From: an uncultured candidate division Zixibacteria bacterium
GTDB taxonomy: Bacteria > Zixibacteria > MSB-5A5 > GN15 > FEB-12
Length of the DNA: 64,000 bases
Direction of reading: 5' to 3'
Assembly (NCBI GenBank): GCA_963664195.1
Contig: OY760907.1
Location: forward strand, 608,001 to 672,000
A model generated the notes under the pieces. It worked only from the letters and a program-made list of their open reading frames with translations, was not told the origin of the DNA and searched no databases. The translations under genes and the position numbers were made by a program. Positions 40,544 through 50,291 of this stretch are shown one piece after another; position 1 is the stretch's first letter; each line of letters begins with the position of its first letter.

Positions 40544-41065
40544 TCACTCGCAGTTTTGCCAGACGGCGGTGACGCGGTAGTTGGACTTGAGTTCGCGGGT
40601 ACGTTCGTTGTCGTCGATATTGATCGTGGCGATACCGACCACCACGGCGCCCTGACTCTCGATCAATTCGATTGTCGCCGATACCTGGGCACCTGTCTCT
40701 ATCCATTCGTCGACCACGAGCAGACGTTGACCCGTCTGCATGGCGTCCTTCCTGATTTCGAGGGACTTGGTCTTGCCGGTGTAGTCTCGAAAAGACCGGC
40801 TGACAGTCGCAACCGGGAGTTTTCCCCCTTTGCGGATGGGGATAACTCCCACACCCAGCTTCCGGGCCACGGCGGTGCCGAGGATGAAACCGAGCGCGTC
40901 GATACAGGCCACACAGTCAATTGATTCGTCGACGTATTCCACACACAGGTCGTCGACAAGAGCAGCGAAATCATCGGCACTCTGGAACATGGGTGTAACG
41001 TCGCACCGGTTGCCGGTGGTGTCGGTATCGATCCTGGTCAGGTAGGTTTTTGGTGTGCTATCCAT
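40544..41065 (-). CDS. apt: Adenine phosphoribosyltransferase-like protein
   Basis: IRKGGKLP; PRPP motif LVVDEWIETG. Confidence 0.85.
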   Translation of the reverse strand: MDSTPKTYLTRIDTDTTGNRCDVTPMFQSADDFAALVDDLCVEYVDESIDCVACIDALGFILGTAVARKLGVGVIPIRKGGKLPVATVSRSFRDYTGKTKSLEIRKDAMQTGQRLLVVDEWIETGAQVSATIELIESQGAVVVGIATINIDDNERTRELKSNYRVTAVWQNCE

Positions 41066-41218
41066 ACTTCCTCTGTGTTGTGCTCGGAATAGGTCGCACT
41101 ACTAGTGCGTCTCGCTGGCGTCACCCTTCTGGATGATCCAGGTTGTGGTCCAATCAGGATCAACGATGATTTCACCTGTTGACCTCAGACGATACTCGAC
41201 CGGCTCTATGTCGAGCGG

Positions 41219-42226
41219 TCACTCGCCACGCATGCTGTCAATCTGCCGCTGGATCGCCTCAATCCGGGCTTTCATAGCGGCAAGCTCACGTTCCAGCCGG
41301 GCGATATCGGTTACACCGGGTGCGGCACTGGCGGTCTGTGTCTGACCGTCCAACTTGAGCGAGTTTGACCCGTCCGACAGTTTCACCGGCGGAGGAACAG
41401 GGTCGACAGTCCCATAGGCAGTCGGAAAGTAGACAAGATTGAACTGCATGTCGGCGACCGTCACCGATCCGGAAAATTCATAAGCCAGATAGTAATATGT
41501 GTAGGAACCTGCCGAAGGCACCTCGAACATGCTCGTCATACCGAACGGAAAGGAGTACGTTCCGGAAGGTGCGGCGCTGTCAATATGAAAATCCAGATCT
41601 TGATTCCCCGGCAGCGCGTCCGGGACATTGGAAATACCGACTATGGCGTACGAATTGGTGCCAAAAGTATGTTCCGGTAACGTGGCGATTCGTCCGTGAG
41701 CAAGTGCCATGACATACCCTGCGTCGGGACAGTCAATAGTCAGGCTTCCAAGAACGGTGTAGTCCTGATCCTCCAGATACACGTAGTAGGCACCACTAAA
41801 AGCCGCTACCCCCGGTTCATTGACAATATCACCCGCCTGTACACTTCCCGTCCTGAACGAATACGGCACCGTGTTTAGCCGGGTGCGCGGCGAGACTTCC
41901 GGGGCGCCGTCGACGGTGATCCCCAGCCAGCACTCAACGCAGTCAAAGACATCAACACTCAGGGGTGATCCGTTGGAGCCGAGTTCCACAGACAGGAGTC
42001 CATCAGTTGTGGTAATCGTGTGCGATTCCTCCCAGCGGACTACGCCGGTATCGTCGTAGATTCTGAACGTGATGTTGTGGGGAATGTCAGCGACCGGGTT
42101 GCCGTCGGTATCGGTCAGGCAGCCCTGGTAGTTCATCGTTGGGGGAACGTCGGCGATAGCCGGAACCGAAACCATGACCAATGCAGAAGCAATAAGCATC
42201 AGTCCGAGAGTCACAAGTCTGGTCAT
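41219..42226 (-). CDS. Secreted hypothetical protein (NYQG-type N-terminal domain, C-terminal coiled coil)
   Basis: Signal peptide; VPPTMNYQGCLTD..FRIYD..WEE; terminal heptads. Confidence 0.75.
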   Translation of the reverse strand: MTRLVTLGLMLIASALVMVSVPAIADVPPTMNYQGCLTDTDGNPVADIPHNITFRIYDDTGVVRWEESHTITTTDGLLSVELGSNGSPLSVDVFDCVECWLGITVDGAPEVSPRTRLNTVPYSFRTGSVQAGDIVNEPGVAAFSGAYYVYLEDQDYTVLGSLTIDCPDAGYVMALAHGRIATLPEHTFGTNSYAIVGISNVPDALPGNQDLDFHIDSAAPSGTYSFPFGMTSMFEVPSAGSYTYYYLAYEFSGSVTVADMQFNLVYFPTAYGTVDPVPPPVKLSDGSNSLKLDGQTQTASAAPGVTDIARLERELAAMKARIEAIQRQIDSMRGE

Positions 42227-42372
42227 ATCATCCTGTTCCTTTGCTGAAGTCGAATGCCGTTTGAGTACAATATCGTCAGAAATCGGCATTTGGCAACGCA
42301 TTCGTTTGTGGCAACCCCGTCCCCTTGACGTTAGTCCCCCTCACCTCTGCCTGCAGGACATCCTGCACAACG

Positions 42373-42399
42373 TAAAGATACTCGTTCATGGACCGATAC
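42373..42399 (+). promoter_or_regulatory. Sigma28-type promoter for hemerythrin
   Basis: TAAA-N15-ACCGATAC. Confidence 0.6.
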
Positions 42400-42450
42400 A
42401 ATCCAAAAGGGCAATACTCGAAAAACATCCCATACCGAGAAGGGGCAACG

Positions 42451-42867
42451 ATGTCACTGATTACATGGACTGATGATCTCAGCGTATCGGTTTCCGGAAT
42501 TGACGCGCAGCACAAGAAACTGGTCACGATGATTAACAACCTGCACGACGCTATGCGCGAACGCAAGGGCAATGACGTGATAGGTACAATCCTGAAGGAG
42601 ATGGTTGCATACTCCAAGACTCATTTCAACTATGAAGAAGGTCTGCTGACCAGCGCCGGATATAAGGACCTTGCAAGCCACCGGCAGATTCACGCCAACT
42701 TCATCAAGAAGGCGACGGGCCTGCAGAACGATTTCGAATCTGGAAAGATGGGAGTTACGATGGAAACAATGAAATTTCTGTCGGATTGGCTGGTCAATCA
42801 CATCAAGGGCGAAGACAGGAAGTACATCTCCACGCTGGCCCCGAAACAGGCTGCTCCCACGGCCTAA
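42451..42867 (+). CDS. Bacteriohemerythrin
   Basis: IDAQHKKL, HFNYEE, HRQIH, WLVNHIKGED. Confidence 0.93.
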   Translation: MSLITWTDDLSVSVSGIDAQHKKLVTMINNLHDAMRERKGNDVIGTILKEMVAYSKTHFNYEEGLLTSAGYKDLASHRQIHANFIKKATGLQNDFESGKMGVTMETMKFLSDWLVNHIKGEDRKYISTLAPKQAAPTA

Positions 42868-43278
42868 TCATGCAATTCTGTCGAGCACCTCAGAAAAACG
42901 TCTGAGGTGCATCGGTCCCTCGAGCGCCACAGCCGCAAGATAGAACGGCAGACGCCAGCGGTCGCGACGCTCAGAGAACCCCTGATCGATTGGTCTAATC
43001 GCTGAGTATCCGTCGAAAACGTCCATCGGCACCGGTTGCCAGGCGTCGAGCCAAAACATTTCGATCAGATTGTGCTGGAGAGTGGTTTCCTCGTCGGAGT
43101 ATATTCGGAGCACAAACCGTTGGCCATCTTGGGTGATGATGCGAAACATCGTATTAGTGGCAATGACAAGAAAAGACACAGTCTTGACTCTGAGACTATA
43201 GTGTTCGAGGGCTTTGAGGCACAAGTGCCTCAATCGCATTATATTACCTCGGATTGTCAGATTCTGAAACGGTTTCAA
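42868..43278 (-). pseudogene. Internally deleted or chimeric APH/kinase-like phosphotransferase remnant
   Basis: N-lobe-like NTMFRI..RFVLRIY joined to a fructosamine-kinase-like tail; no catalytic HxD/DxG motifs. Confidence 0.5.
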
Positions 43279-43392
43279 CAGGCTCCCTCTCTGGCCGCTC
43301 TGATTCTCAATACTGCTTGATACGCAAAGAGATAGCCGTTTGTATCGATCATCCCCAGCGTCTCGGATGTAGTGTGGGAGTCTGCGGCAGAT

Positions 43393-43419
43393 TCAAGATA
43401 AGTACATATTTGCCGATTA
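43393..43419 (+). promoter_or_regulatory. Sigma28-type promoter for the FIST-kinase operon
   Basis: TCAA-N15-GCCGATTA. Confidence 0.65.
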
Positions 43420-43498
43420 CTCTGACCAGGGGTAAGTGCCGCCCGATTGCTTCGGCAGGAGCCTCAACGTGAGATGACAGTACAAAGGGGCTCGACAA

Positions 43499-44665
43499 AT
43501 GACGCAATCGATTGCCGGCAAGACCGGCCCAAAAACCGCAATATCAAAAGGTACTTCGGTAAGCCGGAACGAGGCTACCGCAGCGGCGGAACTTGCGGAA
43601 CAAATCCACCAGCCAGATGCATCTGTGGCTGTAGTATTCGCGTCCTCCCATTACGATCTGGACACACTCGGGCCGTGTCTCAAAGACGCTTTCGGAAACT
43701 GTCCGGTAATTGGCTGTTCCACTGCTGGAGAGATTACGGACCACGGGTACAGCAATCATTCGCTGACCGGTTTCACGATTGCGGACGACGCGACACGGAT
43801 TGACACCTACACCCTCCCCTCCCTCTCAATGATGACCGCCAGCGACATTCAAGGACTGGCCGAAAACGCGGCCAGGCAAATGACGGCATTCAAGAACCAG
43901 TTTGCCGGGGCCTGCTCGTTTGCTCTGTTCCTGATCGACGGTCTTTCTGGTCTGGAGGAAAAAGTGGTCGCCCAAGTGCACGGTGCTCTGCGAGACGTCC
44001 CGTTGATAGGCGGTTCAGCCGGTGATGATCTGGCATTCGAGCGCACAGCCGTACTCGTTGATGGCCAGTTCAGGTCAGACGTCGCCGTGATCGCTTTGTT
44101 TACCACGACGCTGCCATTTTCCACAGTCAAGACACAGCATTTCGTACCGACGGGAACCAAGCTGGTCATAACCGAGTCCGACCCCGGCACACGGACCGTC
44201 TACGAGATAAACGGCGAGCCGGCTGACGAAGAATACGCTCGGCTGGTGGGAGTCGACATCAATGACCTAAGCCCGGATGTATTCTCGCAGTATCCGATCA
44301 TGCTGAAGATAGGCGGAGAGTATTTCGTCCGGTCGATTCAGCGCCGAAACGACGATGGCTCCCTCAAATTCTACTGCGCGATTGATACCGGCCTGGTCCT
44401 GACAGTCGCACGCGGAGTTGATATTGTCCAGAACCTTCGGCAGACTCTTGATCAGGTAGGTGCCGGACTCAACGACCCTCAGTTGTTGATCACCTGCGAG
44501 TGCGTGCTCCGCCGGTTAGAAGTGCTCAAGAAAGGCTATGCGGCGCACATCAGCGATGTGCTCAAACATCACCAGGCAATCGGTTTCCATTCTTACGGAG
44601 AACAGACGAACTCGATCCATGTCAACCAGACGTTCACAGGCGTAATGATAGGAAGCCGTTCATGA
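43499..44665 (+). CDS. FIST-domain (NosP-like) sensor protein
   Basis: IGCSTAGEI, DGLS, GGSAGDD, FYCAI, CVLRR, GFHSYGEQ..HVNQT. Confidence 0.9.
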   Translation: MTQSIAGKTGPKTAISKGTSVSRNEATAAAELAEQIHQPDASVAVVFASSHYDLDTLGPCLKDAFGNCPVIGCSTAGEITDHGYSNHSLTGFTIADDATRIDTYTLPSLSMMTASDIQGLAENAARQMTAFKNQFAGACSFALFLIDGLSGLEEKVVAQVHGALRDVPLIGGSAGDDLAFERTAVLVDGQFRSDVAVIALFTTTLPFSTVKTQHFVPTGTKLVITESDPGTRTVYEINGEPADEEYARLVGVDINDLSPDVFSQYPIMLKIGGEYFVRSIQRRNDDGSLKFYCAIDTGLVLTVARGVDIVQNLRQTLDQVGAGLNDPQLLITCECVLRRLEVLKKGYAAHISDVLKHHQAIGFHSYGEQTNSIHVNQTFTGVMIGSRS

Positions 44666-47391
44666 GCAACGACGTTGACGTACAGACACAGTTGGAAAAT
44701 CTGAAACACGAGATCAAGCGCCTGATGAAGGTCAACAGCGTGTTGATGAACCGTGTTGAGCGGAGCGTCGATTCGACGGGCAATGCGTTTTCGCTTTTTG
44801 AGTCGAACATTCTCCTGCAGGAGACTGTCTCCGAACGAACGAGAGAGCTGGCAGAGGCTAATGAGAGCCTCCGGTGCGAGATACGCGAACACGCCCAAGC
44901 CGAACAGACGCTCCGAGAGAGCGAGGAGAAGTACCGCGTTCTCTTTGAGAGCGCCGCCGACATACTCGCCGTCCTTGACTCCGAGGCTCGATTTGTCGAT
45001 CTGAGCAAAAGTTTCCTGGACGAATTCGGAGACGATACGGGAAAGTTTATCGGAGTCAAGGCCAACGAATGCAACCTGATCTCCGATAGCTCCTTAGATA
45101 CCCTGCTCAGTCATTTCGACCTGCTGAGTCGCGGCGAGGCACCTCCAATGATCGAAGTGGAGTGCCGAAATCGTGCCGGTGACCTGATGCCGTATGAACT
45201 GTCGGCGGTACCTGTAATGCGCGATGGGAAGCTGGTGGCGGTCCAGACCAGCCTGCGGAACATAGCGGAGCGCAAAGACAAGGAACGGCAAAGACAGTTG
45301 CGGCTGGAAGCTACTCTTCGGCAGCAAACGGCGCTGATGCGTCTGACATCCGATCCACGTGTCACCGGTGGCTGTCTCGAAGACGCTCTCAGTACCATTC
45401 TGGAGGAGTCCGCCAGGGCGCTGCAAGTAGCCCGCGCAAGCATCTGGTTTCTTGATGATGACGGACAAACCCTGACATGCGCCGACCTTTGGGACAAGAG
45501 CGAAGGAGTCCACAGTTCGGGAATTGTATTACAGTCATCAGACTATCCGGGCTACATGACCGCGATCAGGTCCGAACTTGTCGTTGACGCCCATGATGCC
45601 CTGACGGATCCTCGCACCCGCGAATTCGCAACAGGATATCTTGACGTCCTTAATGTCACGTCACTGCTTGACGCCTCGGTCCGAGTTGGCGGCAAGGTGA
45701 CGGGAGTCGTTTGTTTTGAGCAGGTCGGATTATCCCGTGTCTGGAGTGGCGACGAGATCACATTTGCTTCTGCGGTATCCGATCAGATAGCCCAAGCGGT
45801 CATTGGGTCTGAGCGTTTGGAGGCTGTGAAGGCTCTTAAGGAAAGCGAATCCCGGTACCGCAAACTGTTCAATGCATCAAATGACGCAATCATCATCATG
45901 CAAAATGGCGTTTGCGTTGATTGCAATCTGCACAGCCTGGCGATTTTTCACTGTACCAGCGATCAGATAATAGGGCATTCGCCACACGAGTTTGCCCCGA
46001 CCAGACAACCGGATGGTCAATTCTCAGAAGATGCTGCGAAAGTCAAACTCAGTGCCGTTCTTAATGGTGAACCCCAGTTCTATGAATGGCGGCTCCGACG
46101 GTTCGACGGTGTGGAGTTCGATGCCGAGATCAGTCTAACTTCGATCGGAATTGGGAATGAGACTTTCCTGCAGGCCATCGTCCGGGACATCACAGAGAGA
46201 AAACAGGCCGAGGAGCAACAGGCTCAACTGAAGGATCAGTTGGAGCGAGCCGATCGAATGAAATCTCTTGGAGTGCTGGCTGGCGGCGTGGCTCACGATC
46301 TCAACAATATGTTGGGACCACTTGTGGGATATCCGGACTTGATCCTGCACCAGCTGCCTGCGGACAGTCCCCTCAGAAGGCAGATCAAGCTAATCGGCGA
46401 CTCTGCACAGAGTGCTGCCGATGTCATTCAGGACCTGCTCACGCTTGCCCGTCGTGGCCGGTATGAGATGCAGCCTTTGAATGTCAACGAACTCGTTTCC
46501 CGATACCTTGAGTCACCCGGTTTTGAAAAACTGGTCGCCCTGCATCCGGAAATCAAGGTTGCCGTCAACCTGGACAGTCACCTGTCCAGCATAACCGGAT
46601 CCTCGCCGCATCTCTCAAAAGCGGTGATGAACCTTATCGTGAATGCCTTTGACGCCATGCCTGACGGCGGGAGCCTGACGATTGCCACCGGTTCCGTGTA
46701 CCTTGAGCGACTGCCCAGCGGCTATGAAGATATCAACGCAGGCGATTATATCAGTATCACCGTTAAGGATACCGGCCAGGGTATTGATCCGGATTGCATC
46801 GACAAGATATTCGAACCGTATTACTCCAAGAAGAAAATGGGTACCAGCGGCAGCGGGCTTGGTTTGTCTGTGGTCTACGGTGTCGTCAAGGATCATCGCG
46901 GCTACTACGACATAGTCTCGGAAGTGGGACGGGGCGCGGAGTTCGTCCTCTATTTGCCTGCCTGCAACGAGTCCTGCGTTGCTGAGAGCCAGCCGGAGGT
47001 CAACGACCTGAAAGGACATGAGCGGATTCTGGTGGTCGACGATGTCGCCGAGCAACGCGAGGTTGCCACCGCACTGATCAAGACGCTGGGGTATGAGGCG
47101 GCCAGCGCCTCCTCAGGCCGCGAGGCGGTAAAGTACGTGGAGCACAACCAAGTCGATCTGGTGATGATGGACATGATCTTAGGTGACGACATGGACGGCC
47201 TGGATACGTACGAGGCACTGCTGAACGTTCGCCCCGGCCTGAAGGCCATCATCGTAAGTGGATTCTCTGCAACCGATCGAGTCGCCCGAATGCAGGAACT
47301 TGGCGCCGGTGGATACGTCAAGAAACCGTTCACTCTGAGAACGGTAGCCGAGGCAATCCACGCCGAATTGATTCCTCAACGACAAGTCTGA
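44662..47391 (+). CDS. Hybrid histidine kinase (PAS-GAF-PAS-HisKA-HATPase-REC)
   Basis: ATGA overlap with the FIST gene; AGGVAHDLNN, NLIVNA, GSGLGLS, REC domain. Confidence 0.92.
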   Translation: MSNDVDVQTQLENLKHEIKRLMKVNSVLMNRVERSVDSTGNAFSLFESNILLQETVSERTRELAEANESLRCEIREHAQAEQTLRESEEKYRVLFESAADILAVLDSEARFVDLSKSFLDEFGDDTGKFIGVKANECNLISDSSLDTLLSHFDLLSRGEAPPMIEVECRNRAGDLMPYELSAVPVMRDGKLVAVQTSLRNIAERKDKERQRQLRLEATLRQQTALMRLTSDPRVTGGCLEDALSTILEESARALQVARASIWFLDDDGQTLTCADLWDKSEGVHSSGIVLQSSDYPGYMTAIRSELVVDAHDALTDPRTREFATGYLDVLNVTSLLDASVRVGGKVTGVVCFEQVGLSRVWSGDEITFASAVSDQIAQAVIGSERLEAVKALKESESRYRKLFNASNDAIIIMQNGVCVDCNLHSLAIFHCTSDQIIGHSPHEFAPTRQPDGQFSEDAAKVKLSAVLNGEPQFYEWRLRRFDGVEFDAEISLTSIGIGNETFLQAIVRDITERKQAEEQQAQLKDQLERADRMKSLGVLAGGVAHDLNNMLGPLVGYPDLILHQLPADSPLRRQIKLIGDSAQSAADVIQDLLTLARRGRYEMQPLNVNELVSRYLESPGFEKLVALHPEIKVAVNLDSHLSSITGSSPHLSKAVMNLIVNAFDAMPDGGSLTIATGSVYLERLPSGYEDINAGDYISITVKDTGQGIDPDCIDKIFEPYYSKKKMGTSGSGLGLSVVYGVVKDHRGYYDIVSEVGRGAEFVLYLPACNESCVAESQPEVNDLKGHERILVVDDVAEQREVATALIKTLGYEAASASSGREAVKYVEHNQVDLVMMDMILGDDMDGLDTYEALLNVRPGLKAIIVSGFSATDRVARMQELGAGGYVKKPFTLRTVAEAIHAELIPQRQV

Positions 47392-47431
47392 CCCGTGTCT
47401 GGCCCGCGCCACTTCTTTGCTGTCTTCCTTT

Positions 47432-47458
47432 GGAACTTGTGGTAGATTGTGTCGTCTA
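47432..47458 (+). promoter_or_regulatory. ECF sigma-type promoter
   Basis: GGAAC-N16-CGTCTA. Confidence 0.55.
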
Positions 47459-47521
47459 TGTGGAAAGAAGCCACAGATGTCGACGCAATTGCACAATCCG
47501 AAACGAAGGAGATGGTGCCTC

Positions 47522-48751
47522 ATGTACTCCAGATTATCGCTGCTGCTGGCAGCCACATTCCTGCTCTCAACTATGGTCTCGTGTACAGACGATGCCGAAC
47601 AGGGGAATGCGGAGGCTGCAATGGAATACAGACTGATAAGACTGCACTACGAAAACACGGGCGGTGAAAAAGGTGTAACCACATTCGGTTACGATAGCGA
47701 CGGTCGCCAGAGAAATGCCATCTGGGAGTTGCTCGACGGTAGTCGGTACTCAATCAATCTCTGCGAATACGATGAAGACGACCGCCTGATACGCAAGTAT
47801 CGCGAGTTCTCTGACAGTCTCACCTCGGAAGAACTCTACGTTTACGATGACCTCGGCAATAGGACTTCAGAGAGCTTCTCCAGATCCGACGGCATCTCAG
47901 GCACCGCCACCTACGAGTATGACCAGGCCGGTCATCCGACGCGGGCCGTGTGTGTCGGGCTTAAGGGGTGGTTCCACGGCATCCTCGACTACACGTGCGA
48001 TTCAAACGGCGTCAAAACGAGCGCATCGATTTCCAAGGAGGGTAAGCAGATTGGCAGCATTGAGTACGCGTATGACTCACACGGCAACCTGACCCGTGAG
48101 CACTGGGACTTTCCGGAGCGTTGGAGCCAGACGTTTACCTACGAATATGACAGCACCGATAGATCAGAACCGCTGCGGTTTACTTCGTCCAATGCCCTGC
48201 TGGCCAATATCGATGGATTCCGACTGAGTGAAGAAAAGTACGACTACTCCGGCACGATCGGTGGCCCCTCGTTTTTTGTGTACGACGACGAGGGCAAGCT
48301 GACGACCAAACGTTTTGAGCGGTCCGATGGATTCAGCACGAAGACCACGTTTCTGTATGACGGACGGGGTAATCTGACAAAGTCGTATCGCCAGTACTCG
48401 AACGGATTGAGTGCAATATTCACGTACGACTTCAATGAGCAGCGCAAACTAGTCAGTCGCTCGTTCATCAAATCTGACGGCACCGGCGGCAGCGAATCGT
48501 ACGAGTACGACGAACAGCCACGACTGATAAGAGCAGACTACGACAAGTTTGACTCCTGGATGACCGGTAGTATTGCTTTTTCCCATGGTCCCGACGGACA
48601 GCTCACCAAAGGGCTGTATCATGCGGAGGAAGGTTGGGAGGCGGACATTCTATTCGACTACGACGAGCACGGTAACCTGGTGAGAGTTCACTGGGCCTTC
48701 CCCGAAGACAAGTACCAAACGTATGAGTTTGAGTACGAAACCGTGCAATAG
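47522..48751 (+). CDS. YD/RHS-like repeat lipoprotein made of two duplicated halves
   Basis: Lipobox VSC; repeated Y.YD..G.L units. Confidence 0.8.
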   Translation: MYSRLSLLLAATFLLSTMVSCTDDAEQGNAEAAMEYRLIRLHYENTGGEKGVTTFGYDSDGRQRNAIWELLDGSRYSINLCEYDEDDRLIRKYREFSDSLTSEELYVYDDLGNRTSESFSRSDGISGTATYEYDQAGHPTRAVCVGLKGWFHGILDYTCDSNGVKTSASISKEGKQIGSIEYAYDSHGNLTREHWDFPERWSQTFTYEYDSTDRSEPLRFTSSNALLANIDGFRLSEEKYDYSGTIGGPSFFVYDDEGKLTTKRFERSDGFSTKTTFLYDGRGNLTKSYRQYSNGLSAIFTYDFNEQRKLVSRSFIKSDGTGGSESYEYDEQPRLIRADYDKFDSWMTGSIAFSHGPDGQLTKGLYHAEEGWEADILFDYDEHGNLVRVHWAFPEDKYQTYEFEYETVQ

Positions 48752-48763
48752 GCAGTAAACGGA

Positions 48764-48791
48764 AAGGCGGGTCTGAGTTCAAACCCGCCTT
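48764..48791. terminator. Hairpin between convergent genes
   Basis: AAGGCGGGT...ACCCGCCTT. Confidence 0.55.
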
Positions 48792-48938
48792 CAGACTTTC
48801 AATTCAACAATCCAACTCTGTCTGACCGACATCATCTCTCTGGTCTGTGAATGCTCACCCGATGCCTAAGAAGTCAAGCTGTGATGTCAATCCAGCAATT
48901 GACCGCGACGTACCGGAGACAGACCGCTCCTGCCGCAA

Positions 48939-50291
48939 TCAATCACCCGTCCGCAGCTTCTTGATGACGTAGCCGTCCTCATATAAGAGGTGCATTTCAT
49001 ACGCCCGACCGTCGTCGCCTACTATAAATCTCGCCCGAATCTCTTCATCATCCTTGAAACCAAACAGATGCTCGGCCAACGGAACCAGCACAAAGTCACC
49101 GTGGGAACTGGATCGGTAGTGCAAACCTGCTTCGTCGTACGTAACCGGTGAAACACCGTACAGCCCGACGTACGCTTCTGCTAAATCCACGGTAGGCTCG
49201 TAAGGATTGGCCTTTGCGTTGCAACCGATCAGCGCCCAGTCAATGCTGTAAAGGGTTACCTTATCAGTGCACTCATCTCGCAGTTTCTCCAGCGCCAGCT
49301 TATATGCCGCATCGAACGCCACGGCAGCAGGGACTTCGAGGTCCGGTGCCACCCCTGTTCCTTCCCAACTGGTGTGGGTTATGGGGCTTTCGTTCCGGCC
49401 GGTAGGAATCTTCAGTGTAATGCCAAGTCGTTCGATGTTGTAAAACTCAACCGGGTTGGCCATACCGCGCGTTGTCTCGCCGACAATGGTCGCTCGTTTG
49501 AGGTTCTTCAGAGCATAGGTGAAAGCCTCCGCCCCCGATGCTGACGAATGACTCACAAGCACGTACAGTTCCATATCATACATCGGCCTGCCGGGGACTG
49601 AACGGTGAGTCCACACCTGCTCCGGCAGATCATTGCCACGATAGTGAAAACTGTGGAGGTGAGTAGGCTCCTTGAAGAAGTAGCTCAGAATGAACGCCAC
49701 CATGGGATCTTCGCCGCCACGGTTCTCGCGGAGGTCAATGATTACGGCGCCGCAGTCGGCCAGGAAGCGCATCGCCGCCGCAGCCTTCTCAGACGCAAAA
49801 AGAGGGTCGTCGAACATGTTAAACTTGAGATAGCCAACATTACCAGGCAGCCATTCGAGCTTGCGAAACTCGAAGTTCCGACGCGCGCGAGTGTCAATGA
49901 TATCCTGCGTGAGCGTGTCACCTTCCGCGAGGTCAGTGCTGTTCGGTTCCAACTCAGACACTCTGATATGGAGATCTCTGCTTTTCTCCTGCAAGTCTTT
50001 CGTCAGCTGGACCGTCAACAGCTCTAGAGCATTGATGTCATCATATTTACCGGATGCGATTTGCTCTCTTACATGCTTTTCCATCTCCAGAGCCACTTCC
50101 GGATAAATATACTTCTCGTCAAACGCGGATAGAACGGTGTCGATAATCTCTGTCTTCTGTTTCATAGATAGTGTACCTTTGATCAAAACTTGACGGCCGT
50201 CAACCGGTGTAGCGATTAACGACACAAGTATGATGCCGAGTATTGTGCACGAAATCGCAACCCTACTCAGATTCGGAATCTTCGTTTTCAC
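48939..50291 (-). CDS. S41 family peptidase (IRBP-like)
   Basis: NVGYLK, IIDLRENRGG, SASGAEAF, WEGTGVAPD. Confidence 0.9.
   Translation of the reverse strand: MKTKIPNLSRVAISCTILGIILVSLIATPVDGRQVLIKGTLSMKQKTEIIDTVLSAFDEKYIYPEVALEMEKHVREQIASGKYDDINALELLTVQLTKDLQEKSRDLHIRVSELEPNSTDLAEGDTLTQDIIDTRARRNFEFRKLEWLPGNVGYLKFNMFDDPLFASEKAAAAMRFLADCGAVIIDLRENRGGEDPMVAFILSYFFKEPTHLHSFHYRGNDLPEQVWTHRSVPGRPMYDMELYVLVSHSSASGAEAFTYALKNLKRATIVGETTRGMANPVEFYNIERLGITLKIPTGRNESPITHTSWEGTGVAPDLEVPAAVAFDAAYKLALEKLRDECTDKVTLYSIDWALIGCNAKANPYEPTVDLAEAYVGLYGVSPVTYDEAGLHYRSSSHGDFVLVPLAEHLFGFKDDEEIRARFIVGDDGRAYEMHLLYEDGYVIKKLRTGD

Noticed and set aside
38713..40650. apt 3' repeat pair as a DGR template/variable repeat
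   Set aside because: Mismatches are not adenine-specific, many are synonymous, and there is no reverse transcriptase in the window
47522..48751. RHS polymorphic toxin
   Set aside because: Too short, has a lipobox, lacks the RHS core cleavage motif, toxin domain and immunity gene
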